NCBI GenBank assembly: GCA_031395565.1
Contig: JANNUT010000052.1
Span: forward strand, 17,882 to 81,881
Length of the DNA stretch: 64,000 bases
Origin: Acidobacteriota bacterium
GTDB lineage: Bacteria; Acidobacteriota; Polarisedimenticolia; J045
Direction of reading: 5' to 3'
The notes below the pieces were generated by a model. That model was not told where the DNA came from. It did no database searches and saw only the letters and a list, made by a program, of their open reading frames with translations. Position numbers and translations under genes: made by a program. Numbering within the stretch: the stretch's first letter is position 1; each line of letters begins with the position of its first letter. This document shows, piece by piece, positions 1 through 9,820 of this stretch.

Positions 1-1
1 G

Positions 2-310
2 AGCATTGGGTTGATCGTCAACGGCGTTGGCAATGGCGACGAAGCCGGGCGCGTGCATGCACGCTTGTCCGCCGCCGCAAACAGATTCTTGGGTCAAGGG
101 GTTGACCTGGATGGTTTCATCACAAGGGACGAGGCTCTGGCCGACGCGACGCGCCGGCAGGTCTCGGTGGTCAGTACCAATCCGCTCTCATCGGCCAGCC
201 GCTGTTTCGAGCGGGTGGCGCTGACACTGACGGCGCGACTCAAGGCGCGGCGTCACATCTCGGGAGAGCGATGCGCAAGCGGAGAGACACTAGCGAACCT
301 CGTTCACTGA
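2..310 (+). CDS. flhG: MinD/ParA-family flagellar number regulator FlhG (FleN), C-terminal part; 5' end lies outside the window
   Basis: The frame is open from base 2 (SIGLIVNGV...). The tail is MinD-like. It sits immediately upstream of and overlapping fliA, the canonical flhF-flhG-fliA order. Confidence 0.55.
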   Translation, partial: SIGLIVNGVGNGDEAGRVHARLSAAANRFLGQGVDLDGFITRDEALADATRRQVSVVSTNPLSSASRCFERVALTLTARLKARRHISGERCASGETLANLVH

Positions 311-1077
311 GCGGTTCGCCGATCGGCGAAAACACACCCCTCGTCGATCCCGGCGCGGAGTGGACGCCGGAGGCCTGCGTGCCAGGGTCGATCGTGCGTG
401 AGCGCCTGCTGCTCGCACACGCGGCCCTGGTGAAATATTTGGCCTACCGCATCGGTTCGCGACTGGCAGGCAGCGTCGACTACGACGATTTGGTCGGCGA
501 TGGACTGCTGGGCCTGATCGAAGCGATCGATCGTTTCGATCCCAAGCACAAGGTGCGCTTCAAGACATATGCCGAGTCGCGGATTCGCGGTTCGATTCTC
601 GATGGTGTGCGCGCCCGTGATTGGGCGCCCCGCTCGCTGCGCCGCGCGGCTCGCAAACTCGAGGCGGCGATCGCAACGGTAGAACGCAAAACACGTAAGA
701 CCGCGACCGACGAAGAGATCGCCCAAGAGCTGCAAATCGACTTGGATGGTTTGCATGAACTGTATGTGCAGGCGCGCGGCGTGAAGCTGGGCAGCTTGCC
801 GGGGAATGAAGAGGAGGGACAAGACCCTGCCGACAAAGGTGTCGACCCGCTGGGTCAAGTCGAAGAGCACGAGCGCCGCGATGTGTTGACACAGGAAATA
901 GGTCAGCTTCCCGATCGTGAGCGTTTGGTGCTGAGCCTTTACTACGAGCGCGGCCTGACATTGAAAGAGATTGGCGAGGTGTTGTCGGTCACCGAATCGC
1001 GTGTCTGCCAAATTCACACACGCGCGGTAACCCGGTTGCGCGCCCGCGTTGGCGAGCGCCTCGCGGTTCCGGTTTAA
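271..1077 (+). CDS. fliA: Flagellar sigma-28 factor FliA
   Basis: 268 aa. Sigma-70 region 2 (DDLVGDGLLGLIEAIDRFDP...FKTYAESRIRGSILD), region 3 and region 4 (LSLYYERGLTLKEIGEVLSVTESRVCQIHTRAV). Sits in flagellar context. Confidence 0.9.
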   Translation: MRKRRDTSEPRSLSGSPIGENTPLVDPGAEWTPEACVPGSIVRERLLLAHAALVKYLAYRIGSRLAGSVDYDDLVGDGLLGLIEAIDRFDPKHKVRFKTYAESRIRGSILDGVRARDWAPRSLRRAARKLEAAIATVERKTRKTATDEEIAQELQIDLDGLHELYVQARGVKLGSLPGNEEEGQDPADKGVDPLGQVEEHERRDVLTQEIGQLPDRERLVLSLYYERGLTLKEIGEVLSVTESRVCQIHTRAVTRLRARVGERLAVPV

Positions 1078-1079
1078 CG

Positions 1080-2000
1080 ATGAGCCGGCTGCTGACACAG
1101 CAAGAAGTCGATGCGCTGCTGCTGGAGTTCGGCAGCGATGGTGCGACTCGAGAGGTTGCGGCGGAAACACCGTTCGATCTGCGCGCACCGCTGGTGCTGG
1201 CGGGCGAGCGTCTGGCTCTGGTGCAGGTTGCGTGCGAGAAGATCGTCGCGCGGTTTGCCGAGTCGCTGACCTTGCAGATCGTCGCCGAAAAGCCGGTAAA
1301 GGGTGAGTTCACCGGACTCGTGCAGCAACCGGCAAGCACCGTCTTGGGCACGCTCGCGCCAGGAGAGCCGTTGGGCATTCTGTTCGACGAGCATTCGGAG
1401 GCTGTCGGCGGCATCTCGTTGCAAAGCGAACTGGCGCTGGCGCTCGTCGACCGGTTGCAAGGCGGTGAAGGCACGGCTCCCGATGGTGCGCGCCTGATGT
1501 CGACGGTCGAATCACGTTTGCTCGAATCAGCGTTGGCGCGGCTGGCGCGTTACCTCGACAAACACACCGAACTCGGGCCGATCTCCTCGGGCGGTTTGGA
1601 TAGCGATCCGACATTCGGACGATTGGGTGTGCGGGGCGGAATGATCGCCACCGCCATGATGCGATTCACGACCTCAGGCGGAATTGCGGCGTGCCGGCTG
1701 CTGATGACGCCCGTGCTGATCAACCGGCTGGTGGCGCAGGTCGAAGTGCGGCAAGACGGCGCGACACCCATGGAGTTGACCCATGCGCTCGGCGCCGTGC
1801 CGGTGACGGTCGAGCCGGTGGTGATGGGCGGCACGGTGCGGCTGTTCGATCTACTGCGTCTGACACCCGGGAAGGTCGTGCAGTTGGACCTGCGCGAAAG
1901 CGACCGCTTGGGGCTGCGCTTCAACGGCGCGTTGTTGGCCGAAGGCCGGCTGGCGCGCCAGGACGACGAGAGGTTGTTCACGATCGAGGAGTTCTCATGA
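1080..2000 (+). CDS. fliM: Flagellar motor switch protein FliM
   Basis: 306 aa. N-terminal LTQQEVDALL, a CheY-P binding type motif. Followed by fliN with an ATGA overlap. Confidence 0.85.
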   Translation: MSRLLTQQEVDALLLEFGSDGATREVAAETPFDLRAPLVLAGERLALVQVACEKIVARFAESLTLQIVAEKPVKGEFTGLVQQPASTVLGTLAPGEPLGILFDEHSEAVGGISLQSELALALVDRLQGGEGTAPDGARLMSTVESRLLESALARLARYLDKHTELGPISSGGLDSDPTFGRLGVRGGMIATAMMRFTTSGGIAACRLLMTPVLINRLVAQVEVRQDGATPMELTHALGAVPVTVEPVVMGGTVRLFDLLRLTPGKVVQLDLRESDRLGLRFNGALLAEGRLARQDDERLFTIEEFS

Positions 2001-2362
2001 GCGATATGGAAGCGCGTGGCCTTGGAGACGGCGCGACATTGATCATCGAGCCACCGAGAACCGGTGGACCCACCACCGCGGTCGTCGATTCACCGCTCGC
2101 CGGTGCGTTGTCGATCAGCAGCGAATCGTTGCTCGACGCACTCGAACTGCCGGTCGAGGTTCGCTTGGGGCGCCGTGTCGTCACGCTGGAACGAGCGCTC
2201 GCACTTCGAATCGGCGACGCGCTGCCGGTGGGGCCAGAGGATGAGGACGCGGTGACGCTGTACGTCCAGGGGCGGCCTTATGCGACGGGTGATCTGGTGG
2301 TCGTCGATGGCCGTTTCGCGTTTCGAGTGCGCGAACTCGTGAAGGGAACGGAGACACCATGA
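1997..2362 (+). CDS. fliN: Flagellar motor switch protein FliN (SpoA domain)
   Basis: The ATG at 1997 overlaps the fliM stop (ATGA). The C-terminus LPVEVRLGRRVVTLERALALRIGDALPV...LYVQGRPYATGDLVVVDGRFAFRVREL is typical of FliN/FliY. Confidence 0.85.
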   Translation: MSDMEARGLGDGATLIIEPPRTGGPTTAVVDSPLAGALSISSESLLDALELPVEVRLGRRVVTLERALALRIGDALPVGPEDEDAVTLYVQGRPYATGDLVVVDGRFAFRVRELVKGTETP

Positions 2363-2664
2363 TGCGCAACCTGTTGCTGCTGCAGTTGGGCTTCAACGTG
2401 CTGATGCTGCTGGGACTGTTGGTGCTGGCGCGTTTCTCGCTGAAATCGGAGCCGGCGCGCCGAGCCTCGCAGCCGGAGCCGGTCGCACCCTCGCCGCGTA
2501 AAGAGCGCTCGCTGTTCAAGACGCGCAAGCGCGCCGAGGCATCGAGAGAACTCGCGCCTGCCATGGGGGATCTGGTCGAACGCGCCGAAGCAGAAGAGCT
2601 GGCCGCCGAGTCGGCACTGCGGGCGCGCCTGGCCCGCTACAGCGGTCGCGCCGCGAATGCATGA
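2359..2664 (+). CDS. Small single-pass membrane protein, function unknown (flagellar cluster)
   Basis: 101 aa. One N-terminal hydrophobic helix followed by a charged tail. The start overlaps the fliN stop. No family recognised. Confidence 0.45.
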   Translation: MMRNLLLLQLGFNVLMLLGLLVLARFSLKSEPARRASQPEPVAPSPRKERSLFKTRKRAEASRELAPAMGDLVERAEAEELAAESALRARLARYSGRAANA

Positions 2665-2881
2665 CGACCACTTGCCGGCACTTACGGTGGGACGCCGTTA
2701 CGGCGCCGAGGTCGTGGCTCGATCGACCGATGGGCGCGTGCTGTTGCGCTTGGAAGGGTTCGAGTTGCCGGCGCGCACCGAGTTGCCGCTAAGCGCGGGG
2801 ATGCGCGTGGACGTCGAGGTCATGAAGCTGTTGCCGGAGGTGGTGCTGCGCGTGACACGGAAAATTTTGCCGGTGGGGTAG
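2657..2881 (+). CDS. Small hypothetical protein (flagellar cluster)
   Basis: 74 aa, overlapping the previous ORF by 8 nt. Beta-rich sequence (VLLRLEGFELPARTELPLSAGMRVDVEV). No confident family. Confidence 0.35.
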   Translation: MHDDHLPALTVGRRYGAEVVARSTDGRVLLRLEGFELPARTELPLSAGMRVDVEVMKLLPEVVLRVTRKILPVG

Positions 2882-3006
2882 GAAAACTACGACCGGCCAG
2901 AAACGCAAACGTCGCGTTGCTGTGACGGAATGGAACGAAAGCGCCATCAAAACGATCGACGCCGCAAGGCGCGCGAATTGCAGACCACGGAAGCGAGGAG
3001 ACACGG

Positions 3007-3732
3007 ATGTTCCCGCAGCTCTACACCGCAGCCTCTGGACTGATCGCCGGTGAACGGCAGATCGAGACCAGCGCCAACAATCTCGCCAATGCCAGCACGC
3101 CGGCCTACCAATCGGAGCGGCCACTGTTCGAGTCGTACTTGAGCGAAGCGGTAGAGCGCGCCTGGCCCGGCGCGCAGCCCACGGCTCCCAATTCGGTGTT
3201 CGTGACGCACTCGTGGCGATCGACAGAGGCCGGACCGCTGCACCCGACCGGTAATCCGCTCGATTTGGCACTCGAGTCACCCGGCTACTTTCGTGTGCAG
3301 ACGCCCAACGGCGAGCGGCTCACGCGCGCGGGCAACTTCACGCGTAATGCCGAAGGCGGCCTGATGACCACCGAAGGGTTTGCCGTGCTGGACGACAGCG
3401 GTCAACCGATTCAACTCCCCGAAGGCGCGTTCACCGTCAATCAGGACGGCACGTTCAACGGTGGCGGCCGGCTGGGAATCGTCAATGCCCTGCAGCAGCA
3501 ACTGACGCGCGATGGTGAATCACTGTGGGACGCCGGCGGCAACGCAACGCCCGTGGATCCGACGCTGGTCAGCGTGCGTCAGGGAAATCTCGAAGGTTCG
3601 AATGTCGATGCGGTACGCGAACTGACTGGAATGGTAGCGGCCCAGCGTTTGTTCGAACTGCAGCAGCGGATGGTCGATCTAACCGGCAATCAGCTCGCAC
3701 GCCGCGCGCTGGAACTAGGCGAGTCGAAGTAA
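3007..3732 (+). CDS. flgF: Flagellar basal-body rod protein FlgF
   Basis: 241 aa. N-terminal rod motif (AASGLIAGERQIETSANNLANASTPAYQ) and C-terminal LEGSNVD...MVAAQRLFE. Lies immediately upstream of flgG. Confidence 0.85.
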   Translation: MFPQLYTAASGLIAGERQIETSANNLANASTPAYQSERPLFESYLSEAVERAWPGAQPTAPNSVFVTHSWRSTEAGPLHPTGNPLDLALESPGYFRVQTPNGERLTRAGNFTRNAEGGLMTTEGFAVLDDSGQPIQLPEGAFTVNQDGTFNGGGRLGIVNALQQQLTRDGESLWDAGGNATPVDPTLVSVRQGNLEGSNVDAVRELTGMVAAQRLFELQQRMVDLTGNQLARRALELGESK

Positions 3733-3753
3733 CAACGGGGAGAGGGATAAGCA

Positions 3754-4539
3754 ATGCAAAGAGCGCTTTGGACCGCTGCCGCAGGGATGTCGGTGCAGCA
3801 AGTCAACATGGATGTGATTGCCAACAACCTGGCCAACGTCAACACCACTGGGTTCAAGCGCAGCCGTGCTGAATTCCATGACCTGCTCTATCAAACGATC
3901 AACGCGGCAGGCACATCGTCGAGTCAGTCGACGAGCTTGCCGATCGGCATCCAGATCGGTCTGGGCGCCAAGACAGCGGCGGTCAAACGAATCTTTCAGC
4001 AAGGTGACTTCAAGCCGACGGAGAACCCGTTGGACGTGGTGATCGAGGGCGATGGTTTCTTCAAAATCAACAAGCCCGACGGGACCACGGCCTACTCGCG
4101 CGACGGCTCGTTTACGACCGACGCCAACGGAACGGTGGTCAACAGTCTTGGCTACACACTGGATCCGCCGCTGACGGTTCCGCAGGATGCCAAGTCGGTA
4201 ACGATCGGCCGTGACGGCACCGTCTCGGTGAAAATTTCCGATGGAACCACCACGCAGCTCGGAAGCATCGAGCTGGCGAACTTCATCAACCCTGCCGGGC
4301 TGGAGAGTCTGGGTAACAACCTCTATGCACAATCGCCCGCCAGTGGCGATGCCACGCTGGGCACTCCCGGTCAGAACGGTTTTGGTGAAGTCTCGCAAGG
4401 CTACTTGGAGGTCTCGAACGTCAGCATCGTCACCGAGCTGGTGGACATGATTACCGCACAGCGCGCCTATGAGTTGAACTCGCGCTCGATTCGCGCGGCC
4501 GACGAGATGCTCCAGCAAGTGGCTCAGTTGGTGCGCTGA
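3754..4539 (+). CDS. flgG: Flagellar distal rod protein FlgG
   Basis: 261 aa. MQRALWTAAAGMSVQQVNMDVIANNLANVNTTGFKRSR ... GYLEVSNVSIVTELVDMITAQRAYE is the canonical FlgG sequence. Confidence 0.92.
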   Translation: MQRALWTAAAGMSVQQVNMDVIANNLANVNTTGFKRSRAEFHDLLYQTINAAGTSSSQSTSLPIGIQIGLGAKTAAVKRIFQQGDFKPTENPLDVVIEGDGFFKINKPDGTTAYSRDGSFTTDANGTVVNSLGYTLDPPLTVPQDAKSVTIGRDGTVSVKISDGTTTQLGSIELANFINPAGLESLGNNLYAQSPASGDATLGTPGQNGFGEVSQGYLEVSNVSIVTELVDMITAQRAYELNSRSIRAADEMLQQVAQLVR

Positions 4540-5273
4540 TGGGCACGGTTCTGTTGCTTCTCGCGCTCGCCATGCCCGAGGCCGGTGCGCCGGTGGCGCC
4601 CCAAACGGCGGCGATCCAGCCGCCCGTGTCCGTGTCGGCGCCGCTCGACGAGACACGAGCGCGTGCTGCGATTACCGGTCTGATCGAGCGCGAGCGTCGC
4701 CTGGCGACCGTCACGTTGCTGTCGATCGAACTGCCAGAACGCGTCTTGTTGCCTTCGGCCGAGTACGAGGTGCAAGCGGCGTTGCCCCCCGGCGGGCTGC
4801 GCGCCGGAAAGCAAAGAATCCCGCTTACCGTGAGGTTCGCGGATCACACCGAGAAGCGGCTCAGCGCTACTGTAGCGTTGCAGATCGATGGACCGACGTT
4901 GGTGCCCGTACGCGATGTGGCGCGCGGCGAGCGTTTGCGACCAAGCGACGTGCGCCAAGAGATTCGCGCGTTTCCCCCGGGAGAGCCGCTGTTGCGCACG
5001 CTCCCTTCCGGCGCGGTGGCGCGCAATCCGTTGCGTGCCGGCGTGCCGGTGGCCGCGCGCAACGTCGTTCGCGCTGCACCCGTAGAAGCAGGGCAGAAGG
5101 TGCGTGCGCTCCTGAAGAACGGCGATGTGCAGCTGCAAATCGACACCGTGGCACGCAATCGCGGCGAGATCGGTGCGCTCGTCACCGTCGCCGGCGCCGA
5201 TGGAAGGCCACTGCAAGCGCGCGTGATCGGATACGCCGAGGTCGAGATCGTCACCTCGAAGGAGCAGAAATGA
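4539..5273 (+). CDS. flgA: Flagellar P-ring assembly chaperone FlgA (SAF domain)
   Basis: 244 aa with a signal-like N-terminus. C-terminus GQKVRALLKNGDVQLQIDTVARNRGEIGALVTV. TGATG overlap with flgG. Confidence 0.8.
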   Translation: MGTVLLLLALAMPEAGAPVAPQTAAIQPPVSVSAPLDETRARAAITGLIERERRLATVTLLSIELPERVLLPSAEYEVQAALPPGGLRAGKQRIPLTVRFADHTEKRLSATVALQIDGPTLVPVRDVARGERLRPSDVRQEIRAFPPGEPLLRTLPSGAVARNPLRAGVPVAARNVVRAAPVEAGQKVRALLKNGDVQLQIDTVARNRGEIGALVTVAGADGRPLQARVIGYAEVEIVTSKEQK

Positions 5274-5974
5274 ACTGCCGTAGTGGGTTCTGGTTCGCAA
5301 CGACCTGTTTGTGTGCCGCACTAGGATGCGCCTCCGCACCAGCGCCGCAGCAATCGGTGTACGACGGACCGCTGCCGCAACTGGAACTCGATCGCCGGCC
5401 ACGGCCGACCAACGAAGGCTCGCTCTACGCCGGCGGCTCGGCTGCCGACTTGATCGGTGATTTTCGTGCGCACCGGATCGGCGATGTGCTGACCGTACGC
5501 ATTTCAGAGAGTTCGCTGGGACAAACATCGGCGGACGACAAACTCGACAAGTCGGGCAGTCTCAAGCTTCAAGCACCGGTCGTGTTTGGTTACGAAGGAA
5601 AGCTCGCCGGCAAGGTTGGCCCGCTCTTCGATCCCGCGCTGGCGCTCGATGTATCGAGCGAAAAGACGTTCAAGGGCTCGGGACAGACCAGCCGTAACAA
5701 CACACTCACGGGCACCGTCGCGGTTCGTGTGTTGGCGGTGGGCACTGGCGGTCAGTTGCTGGTGGCCGGCCAGAAAGAGGTCACCGTCAATCATGAGAAG
5801 CAACGCTTGACGCTGGCGGGGATCGTGCGACCCGAAGATGTGCTGGCCGACAACTCGATTCCGTCCAGTGTCGTGGCCGACCTCACGATTCAGTACGGCG
5901 GCAAGGGCGACATCAACGACACGATCCGTGAAGGTTGGTTCCACGCGTTGATCTCCAAGATCTGGCCGTTCTAA
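5270..5974 (+). CDS. flgH: Flagellar L-ring lipoprotein FlgH
   Basis: 234 aa. Lipobox LGCAS. GSLY...DFRAHRIGDVLTVRISE...LTGTVAVRVL...IVRPEDV are FlgH hallmarks. Confidence 0.9.
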   Translation: MNCRSGFWFATTCLCAALGCASAPAPQQSVYDGPLPQLELDRRPRPTNEGSLYAGGSAADLIGDFRAHRIGDVLTVRISESSLGQTSADDKLDKSGSLKLQAPVVFGYEGKLAGKVGPLFDPALALDVSSEKTFKGSGQTSRNNTLTGTVAVRVLAVGTGGQLLVAGQKEVTVNHEKQRLTLAGIVRPEDVLADNSIPSSVVADLTIQYGGKGDINDTIREGWFHALISKIWPF

Positions 5975-7152
5975 TGAGGCGCGCGCTCCCGTTGGTAACG
6001 CTGCTCGCGGTCTGGTCGACGACGGCGCTTGCCGCACCCGAATTTCTGACCGACCAGCAACTGCAGCAAGCGCAAGAGAATGCCGATCCCAAACCGACCA
6101 GCGAAGAGCTGACCTCGGTTCCGTTGCGCGATGTCGTCGAGATTCGCGGCGTGCGGGAGAACCAGTTGGTCGGCTATGGGCTCGTGGTCGGCTTGGCGGG
6201 CACCGGCGATGGGACGCAAGCCAAGTTCACGATTCAGAGTCTGGCGAACGCACTGCAACGGATGGGTGTCGCGGTGCCGACTTCTGCCATTCGAGTGCGC
6301 AATGCCGCCGCGGTCATGGTGACCGCCACGCTGCCTGCGTTCTCGCGGCCCGGATCGCGACTCGATACGACGGTGGCGAGCATTGGCGACGCCAAGTCGC
6401 TCACGGGTGGAGTGCTGTTGATGACGCCGCTCCATGGGCCGGACGGTCAGGTCTACGCGCTGGCGCAAGGCTCGATCAGTTTGGGCGGAGGATTTTCGGC
6501 CGGTGGTGGCGGCACGTCGGTCACAAAAAATCACACCACGACCGGAACCGTGCCGGGCGGCGCGTTGGTGGAGAGATCAGCCGGAATCGACTTGAATGGA
6601 CGGCCCACGTTCGATCTGCAACTGCGACGCCCCGACTTTGCGACCGCCATCAAGGTGCAGGATGCGTTGACGCAAACGTTTTCGGCTGGCGTTGCACACG
6701 CCATCGACTCGGGCACTGTGCGGGTCAACGTGCCGGACGATATGAAGGGCTCTCCCGTCGAATTCCTGGCGCGCGCCTTGGAGTCCAAGGTCAATCCGAC
6801 GACGCCCGCCAAGGTGGTGCTGAATGAGCGCACCGGAACGGTGGTGCTGGGCGGTGATGTGCGCATCGGCCGCGTTTCGATCACGCACGGAAATCTGACG
6901 ATCTCGGTCGTGAAGCGCTTCGACGTCAGTCAGCCTGCGCCGTTCGGCAGAGGCGAGACCACGGTCGTGCCGACAACCGAAGTGGTGGCCGACGAAGAGA
7001 ACGGCCAGGGCCTTTCGCTCCCTGAAGGCGCGAAGGTCGAAGATTTGATTGGAGCGTTACGGAAACTCGGCGTCACGCCGCGCGACATGATCGCGATCTT
7101 CGAAGCGATCCGGGCCGCGGGTGCGTTGCATGCCGAACTGGTGGTGATCTGA
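5974..7152 (+). CDS. flgI: Flagellar P-ring protein FlgI
   Basis: The ATG at 5974 overlaps the flgH TAA. Signal peptide MRRALPLVTLLAVWSTTALA. RGVRENQLVGYGLVVGLAGTGD is the canonical FlgI motif. Confidence 0.9.
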   Translation: MRRALPLVTLLAVWSTTALAAPEFLTDQQLQQAQENADPKPTSEELTSVPLRDVVEIRGVRENQLVGYGLVVGLAGTGDGTQAKFTIQSLANALQRMGVAVPTSAIRVRNAAAVMVTATLPAFSRPGSRLDTTVASIGDAKSLTGGVLLMTPLHGPDGQVYALAQGSISLGGGFSAGGGGTSVTKNHTTTGTVPGGALVERSAGIDLNGRPTFDLQLRRPDFATAIKVQDALTQTFSAGVAHAIDSGTVRVNVPDDMKGSPVEFLARALESKVNPTTPAKVVLNERTGTVVLGGDVRIGRVSITHGNLTISVVKRFDVSQPAPFGRGETTVVPTTEVVADEENGQGLSLPEGAKVEDLIGALRKLGVTPRDMIAIFEAIRAAGALHAELVVI

Positions 7153-7616
7153 TGAAACTCGAGCCCGTCGAAGCCGGATTGCTGAGCAGTGTTTCGAATC
7201 GGAACAACCCGCAGGATCGAGCGACGCTGCTAATGGCAGCCAAGAAGCTCGAGGCGGTGTTGATGCAAAACACCATTACCGCCATGGAAAAGGCCCAGCT
7301 CACAGAGGGGTTCTTTGGCAGCGGCCCTCAGAAACAGGGTCTGGAAGCCACCTTCGAGCACTTTCTGGGCGAGAGCCTGTCTAAGGGTCGGGGAATGGGG
7401 CTGGCCGAGCAAATTGTCGACCAATGGATGCGAGGCCGGACACCCGCTCGGGCTCAGACGGATACGAAAACTCTGGAATCGCTTGCGCTTGGTCCGGATA
7501 CGTCCAGATTTTTTCGAAGTGGCGCTCAAGTCGGAGTGGCACCCGCCGAAGAGGTGTTTGTGGCGGACCAGGTACCCTCGGTTTTGGGCCACAGCGATCT
7601 GGAGGATCGACAATGA
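7152..7616 (+). CDS. flgJ: Rod-binding protein (FlgJ N-terminal domain only, no muramidase domain)
   Basis: 154 aa. AAKKLEAVLMQNTITAMEKA...FFGSG...FEHFLGESLSKGRGMGLAEQI matches the Rod_binding type sequence. The ORF ends before any glucosaminidase domain could occur. Confidence 0.7.
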   Translation: MKLEPVEAGLLSSVSNRNNPQDRATLLMAAKKLEAVLMQNTITAMEKAQLTEGFFGSGPQKQGLEATFEHFLGESLSKGRGMGLAEQIVDQWMRGRTPARAQTDTKTLESLALGPDTSRFFRSGAQVGVAPAEEVFVADQVPSVLGHSDLEDRQ

Positions 7617-7969
7617 AGATCAGTGCAAACGACCCGCTCGGCCGGCTGCAGGGAATGCTCGGCAAACTCGATGAGGCTTCTGATACGGGCAAAGTGAAGG
7701 GCCGCGATAAGGACAGTGCGTCCACTTCCCAGTCAGCCCGTGTCGATGGCAATACCGATGGCGTGAGCGTCTCGCCCCAAGCGCAGGAACTGCGCCGCTT
7801 GCGCGAGTCGGTCGACTTGTCACCTGACGTGCGCCAAAGATTGGTGGACTCGGTGCGAGCCGAGATCGCCAGCGGCCGCTATCGCATCGACGGCACCAAG
7901 ATTGCCGATGAACTGCTGGCTGAAGCGCGCGAGTTCGATGCGCCCGGTAGCGTCGATCGCGAGAGTTGA
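7613..7969 (+). CDS. flgM: Anti-sigma-28 factor FlgM
   Basis: The ATG at 7613 follows a GGAGGA RBS and overlaps the flgJ stop. The C-terminus VRQRLVDSVRAEIASGRYRIDGTKIADELL is the FlgM signature. Confidence 0.8.
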   Translation: MKISANDPLGRLQGMLGKLDEASDTGKVKGRDKDSASTSQSARVDGNTDGVSVSPQAQELRRLRESVDLSPDVRQRLVDSVRAEIASGRYRIDGTKIADELLAEAREFDAPGSVDRES

Positions 7970-7980
7970 GGCCAATCGCA

Positions 7981-8406
7981 ATGAGCGCTGAGGCATTGAT
8001 CTCGCTCTATCGCACGCAGAGCGCAGTCTATGAAGAACTGCGAGAGCTGGTCACTGCTCAACGCCACGCGTTGCTCGCGACAGACGCGGTGGCGCTGTCG
8101 CACCTGACGGCGCGTGCAGAAAGCCTGGCGGCACGATTTCGCATCTTGGAAGACGAGCGGCTCCGGCTCGAGAGCAGTACACCAGACCAAGGCGAGAGCG
8201 TCTTCGCAGCTCGTCAGGAAGCGGCCCTCGGGTTGTCCTTGTTGTTGCGCGAAGCGGCTGTGGCAGGAACCGTGATCGAGCGGGTCGGTGACACGCTGCT
8301 GGCACGACAGGCTTTGGTCGATCCGATGAGCGCGCCCTCGTACAGCGCCGACGGCAGCCCGCGACAGACTCAGACAGCGGGTCGCTCGCTGGCCGCGGAG
8401 GGTTGA
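7981..8406 (+). CDS. flgN: Flagellar export chaperone FlgN-like protein
   Basis: About 141 aa, helical. Its position between flgM and flgK is the canonical one. The ATG at 7981 is preferred over the TTG at 7966. Confidence 0.6.
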   Translation: MSAEALISLYRTQSAVYEELRELVTAQRHALLATDAVALSHLTARAESLAARFRILEDERLRLESSTPDQGESVFAARQEAALGLSLLLREAAVAGTVIERVGDTLLARQALVDPMSAPSYSADGSPRQTQTAGRSLAAEG

Positions 8407-8410
8407 TGCA

Positions 8411-9814
8411 ATGACCGTCTTCGATCACTTCTCAATTGGCCGCAGTGCCATGCGTGCGTTCCGGTTGGGGATGAACATCTCCGGCTACAACGTTGCGAAT
8501 TCGCAGACTCCAGGGTTTTCACGCCGCCGGATCGAGCTAGGCACGCTCCCCGTCGTGGAAGTGCCCGGAGGGCTTTCGGGTGGGGGCGTCGACGTGCTGG
8601 CTGTAAGGCGCTTGCGCGACCCTTTCCTGGACTTCGCCACACGGCGTGAACTGGGACGTTTGGGCGCAGACAGTGGGCGGACCGGGGTGCTGTCGGCGTT
8701 GGAGCCGGCATTCGGCGACGTGGATAACGCAGAGTTGACGAATGCGTTCTCGAGTCTCTTCGATTCGATCGAGAAACTGACCACTCAGCCTGACAACGTG
8801 TCAGTGCGCGAGGATGTGATTAACGGCGCTCAGCAATTAGCGGCGACGATTCGGAGAACCGATACAAAACTCGTCGAGGCGCGCACCGATGCTGACAACC
8901 GTGTGGTGCACACGGTCGAGCGCAGCAACGAAATTCTCTCTCGCCTCGCACAAATCAATCAGGCATTGGTTGAAGAGGAGTCGAGCGGTAGCGAAGCCTC
9001 CGATCTGCGCGACGAGCGCGACAACCTTACTGACGAGCTCTCGAGCCTGGTCGCTGTTCGCACGGTCGAGACCTCCAACGGCACCATCAACGTCCATCTC
9101 GATGAGACAGGCGATACGCTGCTCTCGGGCAACTCGCCGCGCCCGTTGGTGCTGACCTCTAACTCCGAAGGGGTCAAGCGCATCACGATCAGCCGCGGTG
9201 GTGAGTCGGTCGATCTCACCGACCGGATGCGCGGTGGTCAGCTCGGTGGTTTGCTGGCAGTGCGCGACCACGACATTCCCGGTTATCGCACTCGCCTGAA
9301 CGCGTTGGCCGCCAGCGTCATTACGGAATTCAACTCAATTCACGAGTCGGGTTACGACTTGAACGGCGATGCCGGGGTCAATCTGTTCGAGCCCGACCCA
9401 CCAGGGTCGAACGCGGCGTCGGCGATCCAAGTCAACGACGTGATCGAAACCGATCCTCGCAAGTTGGCGGTAGCCTCAGCCCCAGGCGCGCCAGGCAAGA
9501 ACGAGATTGCGCTGGCGATGCTCGGCTTGCGAGGGGCAGGGCTGTCAGCGTTGGACAGTCGTTCGATGGTCGGCTTTGCGGCTGACATTCTGGCGTCGGT
9601 CGGTCACGACGTGGCGCAGTCGGACGCCTCGCGCGAAGCCAGCCGGGCGATCGTGGACTCGCTCGATCTCAAGCGGCGATCAATGTCGGGCGTCAGTCTC
9701 GACGAAGAAGCGGCCGATCTAGTTCGCTGGCAACAGTCGTTTCAAGCCGCTGCGAAGTTCATGCAAACGGTCAATCAAGTGACTGAGACCGCAATGTCGA
9801 TCTTCGGAGGCTGA
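8411..9814 (+). CDS. flgK: Flagellar hook-associated protein 1 FlgK
   Basis: 467 aa. N-terminus SIGRSAMRAFRLGMNISGYNVANSQTPGFSRRR and C-terminus SGVSLDEEAADLVRWQQSFQAAAKFMQ. Confidence 0.9.
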   Translation: MTVFDHFSIGRSAMRAFRLGMNISGYNVANSQTPGFSRRRIELGTLPVVEVPGGLSGGGVDVLAVRRLRDPFLDFATRRELGRLGADSGRTGVLSALEPAFGDVDNAELTNAFSSLFDSIEKLTTQPDNVSVREDVINGAQQLAATIRRTDTKLVEARTDADNRVVHTVERSNEILSRLAQINQALVEEESSGSEASDLRDERDNLTDELSSLVAVRTVETSNGTINVHLDETGDTLLSGNSPRPLVLTSNSEGVKRITISRGGESVDLTDRMRGGQLGGLLAVRDHDIPGYRTRLNALAASVITEFNSIHESGYDLNGDAGVNLFEPDPPGSNAASAIQVNDVIETDPRKLAVASAPGAPGKNEIALAMLGLRGAGLSALDSRSMVGFAADILASVGHDVAQSDASREASRAIVDSLDLKRRSMSGVSLDEEAADLVRWQQSFQAAAKFMQTVNQVTETAMSIFGG

Positions 9815-9820
9815 TGAGTC

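Noticed and set aside
304-1188. 294-aa ORF on the minus strand
   Set aside because: It is entirely antisense to fliA/fliM, which have unambiguous family signatures. Its composition is Arg/Ala/Gln-rich, typical of a high-GC shadow ORF.
2882-3006. Sigma-54 or sigma-28 promoter upstream of flgF
   Set aside because: No TGGCAC-N5-TTGC and no TAAA-N15-GCCGATAA match was seen by eye. Other GCCGAT strings in the cluster (about 7911, for example) lie inside coding sequence without a -35 element.
3715-5528. 313-aa and 334-aa minus-strand ORFs (3715-4656, 4524-5528)
   Set aside because: They are antisense to flgG and flgA. Both are Arg-rich and low-complexity, with no motifs.
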